Of a stretch of 64,000 bases of DNA, positions 1-10,080 are shown one piece after another (the first letter of the stretch is position 1; every line of letters starts with the position of its first letter). A program made the translations under genes and the position numbers. Origin of the DNA: Raillietiella orientalis (taxonomy: Eukaryota); NCBI GenBank assembly GCA_036172245.1, contig JAYWIR010000011.1, forward strand, positions 4,402,001-4,466,000. The letters are read 5' to 3'. The notes beneath the pieces were generated by a model. It ran no database searches, was not told where the DNA came from, and saw only the letters and a program-made list of their open reading frames with translations.

Positions 1-914
1 CGTGGGCACAAAGAACCTCCCCAACCGCGGCAGTGCCCTCCCTCAGGGAGCACTTGGGCAGTAACCAGCTGGCCAAACGGGAGGTGAGTTGCGAAATCAT
101 TTAGAAGACAAGGGAGCTGGGTGGTTGGACCACGGGCCAGCTCACGGACGCTGCGACACGAACTGCCCCACCGAAGGGACTATTGCGCTGGGGTGAGCTG
201 CTGGAAGTCCCACAGGAAGACCTCCTCGAGTGGTCACCAGCGCTGAAGAACAACCGGGCTCCCCCTGAAGTGTCAGGAGTCGGCAATCCTTCTGCAGTAC
301 TATGGTATCCCGTGCAACTCCCGCCGGTCTTATGGATCCAGGGACTGTGGGTCCCAACTGCCGGTGCGGGGAACGGAAATCCCAGCTCCTGCACCTGCTC
401 GCAGACTGAGCTTGCTGTGCCCCCCGGCCCCTGTGATTGCCTTAAGCAATGGCCCTTGGTGCATGGACGGACAATTCCAGGGACGTAATAAAGCGCCTCT
501 TCGTGCGCGAAGCCCTTTCGCCTGCCGTCCCCCTAGCAGTTCTTTGCTGCCTACGAGGGATTGTGGCGGCCTGGAACTACGCGAGAGGAGGAGGACGGCG
601 CGACAGGGACATCATCTGCTTCTCCCTGCGCTTCCTGCGGACGGCAACAAGATGATGGCCCCACCTGGGGCATACTCGGGTGGAACTTGCCGGCATCCTG
701 GAAAGAATGCAGAGGACGTCCTCCAGAGGAAAGTGATCCCTACCCTAACCTCCCAGAGTTTTCTTTTTATTGTCTTTTATTTTTATTTTTTACTTTCGTT
801 TTCTCCACTGCTGCCGAGGCGAACCTCATCGGCCTGAGCGCCGGTTACTCGACAAGTTCCGAACGTTTTCGGACGATTTTACACCTGTTTAACCCTGTCG
901 TAACCGGGTGTTAA
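1..914 (+). mobile_element. Decayed non-LTR retrotransposon (L1/Tx1-like) 3' fragment, copy 1; runs off the left edge of the window
   Basis: Broken ORF (..PPKGLLRWGELLEVP..; frameshifted C-R-C-G..HLLAD CCHC-like motif; ..NSRDVIKRLFVREAL..RTATR*WPHLG..ELAGILERMQ, stop 734-736) is homologous to the fragments at 33.4-34.3k, 49.3-50.0k and 50.4-51.4k. Shared 3'UTR motif GCTGCCGAGGCGAACC and end ..TAACCGGGTGTTAA. Clade assignment is inferred from the zf-RVT-like motif only. Confidence 0.75.
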
Positions 915-1500
915 ACCAAATCTTCCAGAGGACTTCCGGAAGAATACGCTGTCCGGTGGAGCAGTGCTTTAGGACTGGAACATCTTGACTGCGAGAGCTG
1001 AAGAGCATCGGACGTGAGAGGCGTTCTTGCTGAGGAGCAGCCGTTTTTTTGAGAAAAAGAAAGAAAGAAAGAAAAGAAACCCTCGCTTCAAAGGCTCTTT
1101 CCTGATCCTCCCTGCGAAATGGAGCGCTCCGAATAGAAGGTGGGAGATCCAAACTCAGCAGGGCTCCCGCGGTCACCAGAGCAGCCTCTCACACAAGGGA
1201 GCTGCCGCTCCTTGCGTCGGCAACAGCGTCATCCGCTCCGGCGCGAGCTCGGAGCCGGAAGAGGCTGAGACGAAGCAGACGCCTTCCTGATTTTTTTTTT
1301 TTCGGCGCGCTTTCCTTCTTTCTTCGGGGCCCGGGTGTTTTCGATCCTCCGGGGTGACGCCTTCGTACTTCCCCCGTTGGGGCGGACAGGCTGCAGGTCC
1401 CGTGGTGCTCACGGGACGCACTCGATGCCCCGACCCCCGGGAGTCGGTCCCCCAGCGATTGGAGCGCCGCCCCGATCCCCCCCCCCTTCCTCCCGATTAG

Positions 1501-3012
1501 TACAGTGTCCCGGAGGTTCTCATGCGAGCCGCACTTCCTTCGCCTCGCTCTGGACCGGCGCGCCCGTCCGGGTGCACGCGCCGCGGTTCCCGCGATTCAC
1601 CGTCGCCAAGGAAACCAGCACGTGAGGTTCCTGAAAGGCGCGGACGTCGACGAGGAGCCACCAGAAACTCCAAGAGCATATCCTCTGCTCCCGACGTGCG
1701 GAGGCAGTGGCATCGACGCAGGAGCAGCCGGAACAAGACGAAGAAATCCATCCCTGGTGATCTGTGCACCCCAGCCCCCTCCTCCCACCATCCTCAACCC
1801 CTTAATGCCTCAGGAGAGCCATGGCAAGGGGGAACCAGAGGAAGGCGCGCCCTGCGCTGGACCACATCGGAGGTCAGACCAGCTGCTGACCAGTGGGAAG
1901 CGTTTGGGGCTGGTGCCGGTCAGAGATCGGCCTACTCTTCGCGGCTCCGCATGTTACCCATGAGAGCCCCGATCACCAGGAATGAATGTGTGGGGCTGGC
2001 GCGGGAAGAGTTCCGCCCATGCGTGCGCAGCCACCGCAACGGCAAATTCCCACTTAGCCCCCGGCGGAGACGCAGCGAGCTGCTAGCCGGGGTCAAGAAA
2101 AAGGATCAACTGGAAGTGTGGAGGAGGCTGCGATGCCTGGGGTCGTCCCGAAGCTCCGACCCCCCGCCGATGCTCGCGGGCGAGGGGCGAGTCATCGCAC
2201 CTGACCTCAGTGACATCTCTGAAAGACGCGTGGAGGAGGTGGAAGCGCCGAGCGCCAGCACTCCCTCTCCCTCCCCCCCATCCTTCAAAAGAACGCGCTC
2301 GTCGCCGAGGGATTTAGCGCAGGTTCCAGAGGAGCCGAAGAGTTTGCGGCCGACGATCCCGCGAGGTGCGCAACTGGATGCACCGGTTGGGTCGCCGGCC
2401 GTGGGGCGCATGGTCCTCCGGAAACCGCGTCCCGCTCGCTCCGCGCGCCCGCGATCCTACGCGGTGTCTTCCCTTCCCTCTTTTCGACTCGACTCGGTCG
2501 ACTCGGCAAGCACAGCACTCCCCGCACGCCCGAGGCGCTTTCCCCGTCGCTGGCCGCGGAGGCGGGAGCACACGCTCTCCAGGGACGATGCTTCTCGGAC
2601 CATCCGGTCTCTCCCAGAGCCACCGACCTCCTCCTTGCCTGACCGCAGTCTTCAGCCTTCTTCTTCTGCTCGCTCTTCCGTGGAGCTTTGGTCCTTCGGG
2701 AGCAGCTGGGAGGCGCGCGGAGGTCTGCAGAGCATAGGGAGTGAGGTCCAACGCGCGCCGAGTGAGGCGGTTCATGGGGCTCCAAAACGCTGTCAGTCAC
2801 AGCCATCACTGCTGGGTCCCCGGTCAGGAAAGGTCGAGCTGACTCGGGACGGAGAGACGGGAGCTTCCCGAGTGGCGACCTCCAGCTGCCCCCCTTCCTC
2901 TGCGGAATCTCACGAGGGCTCGGGGGCAAAGAGGTGGTACGAGTCTAGCAGCGGGGAACGGCCCTTTCTGGGCGACGCGGGTCGCTTTCGGCGGCGGGAT
3001 TCGTCTCTGTGA
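1501..3012 (+). CDS. Possible large terminal exon of an unknown gene; R/S/P-rich disordered product ending -RRRDSSL*
   Basis: Frame is open for about 500 codons from a pyrimidine-rich acceptor-like ..TCCCGATTAG (1500) to TGA 3010-3012. No recognisable domain, and high GC favours chance ORFs. Confidence 0.35.
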   Translation, partial: YSVPEVLMRAALPSPRSGPARPSGCTRRGSRDSPSPRKPAREVPERRGRRRGATRNSKSISSAPDVRRQWHRRRSSRNKTKKSIPGDLCTPAPSSHHPQPLNASGEPWQGGTRGRRALRWTTSEVRPAADQWEAFGAGAGQRSAYSSRLRMLPMRAPITRNECVGLAREEFRPCVRSHRNGKFPLSPRRRRSELLAGVKKKDQLEVWRRLRCLGSSRSSDPPPMLAGEGRVIAPDLSDISERRVEEVEAPSASTPSPSPPSFKRTRSSPRDLAQVPEEPKSLRPTIPRGAQLDAPVGSPAVGRMVLRKPRPARSARPRSYAVSSLPSFRLDSVDSASTALPARPRRFPRRWPRRREHTLSRDDASRTIRSLPEPPTSSLPDRSLQPSSSARSSVELWSFGSSWEARGGLQSIGSEVQRAPSEAVHGAPKRCQSQPSLLGPRSGKVELTRDGETGASRVATSSCPPSSAESHEGSGAKRWYESSSGERPFLGDAGRFRRRDSSL

Positions 3013-4192
3013 GCTCCAAATGGGAGGCAACGCCCCTATCGGGGATTCCGCGAATCCCTCCGCAAAGAACAAACGACCGTCGCTACGTTTCCACGGCCAC
3101 GGCATTCGTTCATGTACGAAGACCACCACCCCCTCTCCCCTCCCCCCATCGCCAGTTCCTTTTGAGAAAACCTCCTCCACGTAGCCCCCTCCCCCGGCTG
3201 GGCGGGAAAAGGGTCCGCTCCACGAGACCTCAGAGCAATCGAAAGGGAACATGACCCTGGGAAGGAGGAGTCTGAAGCTGGGAGGGAAAAGCGTCGATGC
3301 CGTCGAAAAGCAGCTACGACCCCTCGTAAGGGCCCCTTCCGAGGGGAATCCCCCCTCCTCCCTCCCCCCTCGCAAAGAGGAACGAGGAGGAGAAGGAAAA
3401 CATAAACCACACTCGCGCGCACGCACGGATACCGGGAAAAAACCAGGTTGGGAACCGAGCACGCGCGTCCCCCTCCCCCCCCGCTTCGTCTTCTTGCAGG
3501 ATCAGCACGTAGCTCTTGGCGCCTCGTGCACAAGGCGCTCGCTCGCAGTGCTTGCGGATGGCGGCGGGCACGCCGAAAGGGCCTGCGCGCCTCTCGCTCT
3601 TCCCTTGGCGCCAGATACTTGGCTTCGGAGCCCGCCGCCGCACATCTGCTCGCGTCTTGGCACGACCCCGCTCGCTCCGCGGGTCGCCCGCCCGGGTCAC
3701 CCCCACCCAGTCGCCGCCGTCGCCTCCTCGCACGCTCGCCTCGACCAGCGCAGTCGGATGCTTCGTCGCAACCCGGCAACGCGGTGCGTCGTCCACGTGT
3801 GACGTCGTCAGGTTGCGCGCGCCCGCAGGGGCTCGCAACCGTGCCCTCCGCCGTGCCGCGCCGTTTTCGGCGTGTTGCGATCCTTCCGCGTTCGTCATGG
3901 CGCGCGTACAGCCGCGAACCGACCGCGTGCGGCATACTCGTCAACGCGCGCGCGTTTGCGCGAGAATGCGCGAAACTCGCACGTGCGTTACTCGGTCACG
4001 TGAACATACGTGTACCTTTGCGTGCGTGTGTACTTTGAGGAATGTGCACGTTGTCAAGACGTGTGCGTGCGCATGCATGACGAACGGCACACGTCCGCAC
4101 GCGGATGTTTTTTGAGAGCGCCCTTTCACACGACCTCCACATCCGCCGGCAGCAGCGCTTGCCACGTGGTTGCCAACAGCCACTGCGCACCT

Positions 4193-5815
4193 TCATCCCT
4201 GTCCTCTCCCGCGCCGGCCCTGCCTGGCCCTTGCCCCCCCCTCCAAAGCACTGCTTCTCCGCGTCCGCCGGGGCATCCGGTGGAGGGAGGGACGCTTCCA
4301 CGTACGCCCACCTCCCTCGGCTTCTCCGGTCGCGTCGGCGGACGACGGCAGACGGAAGGTCGACAGAATCCCTCTCTCCTGTCCAAACAGGTCGCTCCCA
4401 CCCGCCGGCTTGCGTGCCGGGTCGTGACGAACGCCAGGAGGCGGTCCGACGGCTGGTAAAGATCCCGTGAGGGGTTTCAACGGGCTGAAAACCAGACGCG
4501 AAGGTCTCTCGCGTGCTGCCCGCCCTCCAGTTGGGTTGCGTCGTTCGGGCTTCTTGCGTTCTGGGGCTCGAGGGGGCGGACAGCTCACCTGCGAGCAGGT
4601 CCTGCATCCGAGCTGAAGGCCGGGAACAGGGGCGCCGAAGGGACCTGCGAACTGCGTTCTCCGGATCTGGGGGGAGGCTGCGAGAAGGTCACGTCTGCGT
4701 CCCGGTCAGGCCTCACTGCCGCCCTCTCGGACGCGGCCTCTGGGGAGGGGGAGGATCTGCGCAGCGCTTCAGGTGTGAAGAAAGGATCGGCGCGCAGCTC
4801 ACCTCGCGCTGACCACAGGTCCACGCCTCGGAGCGCACTTCTCCCGGAGGCTGCGGAACGGACGACGCCCCGCGTCCGAGGGCCGTCGCGGGTCCGCCAA
4901 CCGGCGCGCGACTACAAAATGCAACCGGGTCTACGATTTGCGGGGCGCGTACTTCCGCGCAGAGACGGGGAGGAAGAACTGCGGCAGCATCCGGTGATGA
5001 TGCTGCGGCAGCTCGGCACGTGGAACCTCGAAGTGACTCGGACTTTCGGCCTCGGCGATCCCGGACGGCGGCGCTGCTGCCGGGGATGTCCGTTCGGCAG
5101 AGGACGTGCTGAGGTGCGTTGCCGGGGAAACCCTGTCCTCTCATGCGCCGTTGAGGTGGCACACGACCGCCCAGCGCCGCCCAGTCCAGTTGCCGCCCTG
5201 CGCCGTCGTCGCCCTCTTCAACGGAGAGCGCTGTTTCCCGCCGCGATGTCCGCTATTTCTGCGCATGCGCGCTCGCGAAAACGCAACGCGCGCGCGCCCG
5301 CCGTTCCTTCACGCGCTGAAGATCTTCCTGGAGCGGCGGCAACGGGTGAACAGACGTCCGTGCAGTCGCTGAATGTTTACTTATACGTTCGCGTGTGTTT
5401 GTGCGTTTGTGGAGGGTGCTTCGCGCCGTGCTGGCGTCACTCGGAACGTTTTCTTTTTTCGGCCAACGCGAGCCTCCCTGTCAGACGACCACGGGCGCGT
5501 TTACCGCCGTTTCCGTCAAGGGCTTGGCTAATGAAGCCAATTAAAACCGCATAAAGAAAAGCAGAGCTGCTGCCGGGGTAGCGGCTCTGCGTGCTCTCGG
5601 TGCTTCCCGCGCGTCTGTGTGTGTGTTTCCCCTTTTCCTCGTGGGTGATTTCTTCCTCCCTGTTGCTCGCGGGACCGGCGGGTCGCATACACCTGAACGG
5701 TGGCACCTCTGCCTAGGCGCCGTGCCGGTTGCAGATCCGACGGCCACCTGAGCAGCGACCTCTTCGAGGGCGGCCAGATGGGCGAGGAAGCCAAAGAGGT
5801 CTCCGCGTTGTTCAT
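4193..5815 (-). CDS. Putative 4-exon orphan gene (about 266 aa, low complexity): exons 5815-5693, 5132-4803, 4644-4589, 4484-4193
   Basis: ATG at 5815; GT donors (CAG|GTGTAT, GAG|GTGAGC, CAG|GTGAGC) and CAG acceptors give intron phases 0,0,2 that join into one stop-free frame (MNNAETSL..VQ|GFPG..QRE|VPSAP..AR|SPLKP..GQG*). No homology recognised. Confidence 0.3.
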
Positions 5816-8648
5816 CGGCGACGGAGGTCGTCGGGGTCTTCTTTGCTTCCCCTCCCCTCCCCCCAGCCTTCCTCGAGGCTCGCGACCCCGCCGCGCCGGC
5901 GAGGGGGAGCGCGGCACAGAACCGCGCGTCTCCACTTCCGGGTGGGAGGGTATCCTTTCGCTTTCCGTTTCACGGGAGGGGGAGGAGCTGGGAATACCCG
6001 TGCCGCGAGAGCACGGGAATGTTTTCGGGAGCACGCGCCGTCCCAGGAGGGGCGTCGCCAGTCGCGGACGCCCGCAGCACCCTAGCCGCCCCCGACCTTC
6101 AGGCCGGGCGGCGGGGGCTTTCCGTCCCCCGGAACTGACCGCTCGCGCGCGCGTCAGCGTTTTCCGTCCGCAGGTGTACGCGCGCCTTCTGGACCCGTCC
6201 GATCGCATTCGCGGAAGGGGTAGGGGCGCGGTCTCGCCGAGCGCCGCCGGGCCGAAGGGGACGGAATTCGGAAGGAAGGCGGCCGCCATGCGTACGCTGA
6301 GGGAAACGCTCCGCTTTCGTCTTCTGCTGCTGCAAGGTCACAGCATCCGAAGGACTCTCCTCCCCTCACCTCTGGGCTACGCGGGAGGGGAGGAGGGAGG
6401 ATGCAAGGAGGAGGGCCACCGTTTTCTCCTTCGTCGTGCGGTTCACGAAACTTCTCGAAGCATCCGGTTTCGTCTGCACCTCCTTGGAACGGCTCCGCTC
6501 CGGGCACGATCGCGGGGGGGGTGCTCCGGAGCGCTCGTGTCGGGGGAGGGGGGCGACCGCCGAGTGCGCTGCAGGCCCCAGAGCAAGGTGGAGGAACAGA
6601 GAGAGCGGAAGCTGCAATGATGGGAGAGGAGAGAGCGCTTCGGCGAGGTAATCGATGAAATCTCTTCTCGTGGAGAGAGGGGAAGGGGGGGGGGTAATTT
6701 ATTTTGGGAGGAAAGGGGGGTTTATGTCTTCGGATGAGGGGGAAGAGAGGGTCTGATCTCCCCTGCTGTCCCACGCAATCCTCAGCCATCCGCTCATCAC
6801 GCAACCTGCGTGCCTCTTCGCCAAGTTCAAGAGGGAGGCGAACGCTACGTGAGCCCTGAGAATCCCTCCAAAACTCTAGAAAACCTCCAAGAGCTTTTCC
6901 ATGTTCTCCTCGCTGATTTCTTCCTATCCGATCGACTGCGCAATTTTCGAGAGGGCTTTTTTTCTCGAAAGTTCGGCGCGAACCTTGCTGGTCCTGTTTA
7001 TCCTGGGAAAGATGGAAAAATCATTACCGCAGTATTCAAAGCAAGGAAAGTGAAAAGAGGAATCGTTTTTAAAAGGAAAAAAATATTTTTTTTTTGTCTA
7101 CGTCATTTATTTATTTTTATTTTTTTTTTGTCTTGTCGACTTTTGAGTTTTCTCGATTCCTCCGTTAGTCGTTTCATTGAGGGAGGAGGAAAAGCTTCGA
7201 GGACGAGCGTGCAGCGCCATCTCGACGAGAATTGCGAAACCTTCGGCTGCCCCTGTGGGCCGAGACAAGTTTCGGTCGCTTCCCGCAGATGGCGCGGCTC
7301 GCGGAGCGGGGAAACCCTCTTCGAGCTCGCGGCGTAACGTTTCAGCGAAAAGGGTGGGGCGGAGGAGAGCGCGAGCGAGAAGCGCCGGCATCTTTCGGTT
7401 CCTGGAAGAGAAGGGGAGAGAGGAAACGTCCCTGCCTCCCCTTCAGTTGAAAAACGTCCGGGACGGCTAGCTCAAGGTCGGCAGCGCTCGAAGGTCGCAA
7501 CCGACGAAGGTGGCCTCCGCTGGTCCGCGGAGAGAACGCTCGTGCGCTTTTTAGGGCAGAGGGGGAGGGAGGGAGGGAAAGAGGGAGGGGGCGATAAATT
7601 GAAAAAGAAAAAAAAATAACTAAGGGAGGGAAGGGGCGGGGTCTTTGGCCCGGATCGTTCCTTGCTTCTAGAGCCGGCGATCTCCATGGCCACTTCTTCC
7701 GTGTGGAGCCACCTCGCTGCAGCCCTCACGGAGGTGGCGCTACCATGCGGGTGGCCTCCCGTCGCTGCGCTCGCAGAGCTCCAACGCGTGGCCGGCAGCC
7801 AAGATGGCAGCGCGAATACAGCACCTCGCCACCCCTTGCGAGAGTCGCTGCAGTCGAAACCCCCGAAGGGGCTCTCTAGAGGCAGCAGCGATGTCCAAGG
7901 CAACCTCCGTCACCGTTCCTGCATCCGCGCGCTCATCCGAGGTACCCTCACCCATCCAGGCGGTCGCTGCGACCTCTTGCCTCCGCTCCTTCCTCCCTTC
8001 CTTCGTCTTTAGGGAGGGAAGGGTTGGTGGAGAATCGAGAACGCCCTCTCCAGGGAAGAAAAGAGTCGCGAGGTGGTGGTGCCCGGTGTTGCCTTCCCAC
8101 CCGCGCACTCGGCTTGGTCCCCAGCAAACGGAATGGGGAGAAGATGAGGCGGTAGGGTAGGAGAGGTAGGGAGGTGGGAAGCCGAACGAGGGGAGCGCTA
8201 GGGGAGGGAAAAGCGGCCGTCCGACTCGAGCGACGCCGCTCCAAGGCGCCGCGTGACTCGAGAGCCGCGGGTGGCGTCCGACGGAACCTCCGCCCCTTCC
8301 CATTCTCGACCCGAAACTCCCAACCGAAGGGACCGGAAAGGTGGACGGTGGGGAAGATGGCGCTGACCGGAGGGCGACTGCACACAGACAAGCAGAGACG
8401 ACCGGCCGGCCGAGAATGCTCGCCGGTAGCCACAGCGAGCGACCCCGGACGGCTCTTGGCTTTCCTGGAAAGGGGAGGGGCGGGAGACGGCCCTCCGAGT
8501 GGCACCCCCCAGCGTCGTTTGTTTCCCCGAGAGCCTCCTCGGGCGTCAGCACCCGCCCCCGAGTACTCCTTTTCCCTTCCTCCCCATTCCTGCTCCTCCT
8601 CCTTTCCCCCCACCCTTGCGGTCGGCACCCTCGCGTATGCGCCTCTTT

Positions 8649-9105
8649 GCCCTACTAAGGTGCAGGCCGCAGCTTCCCTGCCGAGAGGAAGTCGGGTTGA
8701 TCTCGCCTCTGGGTCGCATGGGGGCCTGCTGGTCGAAGAAGGTCGTTTCGGCTGCGGTCTGCCGCCAGGCTGACCGTGCCGGGGGATCTCGAGTCTCCTG
8801 GGGAGTAGAGGACTGCTCGCAGAAAGGGGGGCCCACAACCCCTTTGCCATCCTTCCGCCGGATCGCAGGAGCCGAGGGCAGAGTCTTCTTGAGGTGTACA
8901 GTAGGCGCTGCCAGGGGCAGCTCTTGAGGATGCGTCCGACACCGGTGGATGCCCACCTGCTGGAGGACGTGAGGATGGGGAGCCTTTCTGCCCCTTCAGC
9001 ATGCCCTCCCGGAAACTCCGCCGCCGCGAAAGCGTAGCGAAAGGACGGATGTGACCGCCAGGAGAAGGGGTAGCCCGGCGTAGATCCGGACCAGTGGGTG
9101 CCGCG
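8649..9105 (-). mobile_element. Unclassified short retroelement-like unit (family C)
   Basis: 8649-8675 and 8961-9105 recur almost exactly in the polyA/TSD-flanked insertion at 9866-10080. Its 3' part (ATCAAYCCGACTT..CTGCACCYT..GGGC) recurs diverged at about 42.9-43.3k. Confidence 0.55.
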
Positions 9106-9865
9106 CAGTGGGACGGCCGGTGAACATGGAAAGGGGCAACGGGAGGGAGGGAACTGTCCTGAAAGGGGGGGGAGTAAGGAGAGGACCTCTCGCTTCCCCT
9201 CCCCTTCCCTGATTTCTATCCAGGTGGCGGTCCCGGTCTGCTGTGGCTGCGGTCGGCGGACGACGCCGTGGCGAAGGCGGACACCACCGCCCGCCGCCCG
9301 CCCGTCGGCGTACTTGACGAATGAGAAAAGATGCCGAGGCAGAAACCGATTGGGAGGCGACTCCGGTGTTCTACTAAAAGGGGGAGAGGGGGGGGGTATC
9401 GCGGGCGGAGGAACTTTCCCTTTCTTGGAGCAGTGGCGGTCGGCGTGTCTTGCATCCGTGCTGGGACGGATCTCCGGGTGGTGGCGCGCATGAGCCGAAT
9501 GCAGCCGGAGGCGCCGCCGCGCGACCTGTGGAGGATACGGCGCTGGGCAACGGGCCCAGGAGGATCCGTCGCTCTCTTTCGATCGGCCCGATGGCATCTG
9601 TTGACTCCGTTCGAGCGCCAAAACGTCCGGCTTTTTTGGCTGCACCCGGGGGTTGTCTATGCCACCGTACAATCGAGCCTTAGACCCCTTCTGACCTCTG
9701 CTCCCCCGCTTCCGCCCTGCTCTCTCTTTCGCTCCGTCTGTGGAGACCTCTTCTCCGCCTCCCTCATCTCGAGGGTCGTCCGGAGGCTCACTCCTGACCC
9801 CCTCTTGCCCACCGGGGTGCCTTTCGCGTTCTGGACCAGTGCGCTCCTGAACACTGCGCGCGCGC

Positions 9866-10080
9866 CCACCTTAGCTTTTTTTTTTTTTTTTTTGCCCTAC
9901 TAGGGTGCAGGCCGCAGCTTGAGACGCGGCACCCATTGGCCCGGATCTACGCCGGGCTACCCCTTCTCCTGGCGGTCACATCCGTCCTTTCGCTACTCTT
10001 TCTCGGCGGCGGAGTTTCCGGGAGGGCATGCTGAAGGGGCAGAAAGGCTCCCCATCCTCACGTCCTCCACCCTTAGCTTT
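9866..10080 (-). mobile_element. Short retro-insertion with 18-nt poly(A), about 13-bp TSD and 5' inversion (twin-priming product)
   Basis: TSD CCACC(C)TTAGCTTT at 9866-9878 and 10067-10080; T18 at 9876-9893; 9894-9920 matches 8649-8675 (1 mismatch); 9925-10069 is the reverse complement of 8961-9105 (4 mismatches). Confidence 0.85.

Noticed and set aside
7948..9672. 574-aa minus-strand ORF
   Set aside because: Low-complexity P/R/G/S sequence running through simple repeats and the family C element; overlapping frames are similarly open, as expected at this GC content.
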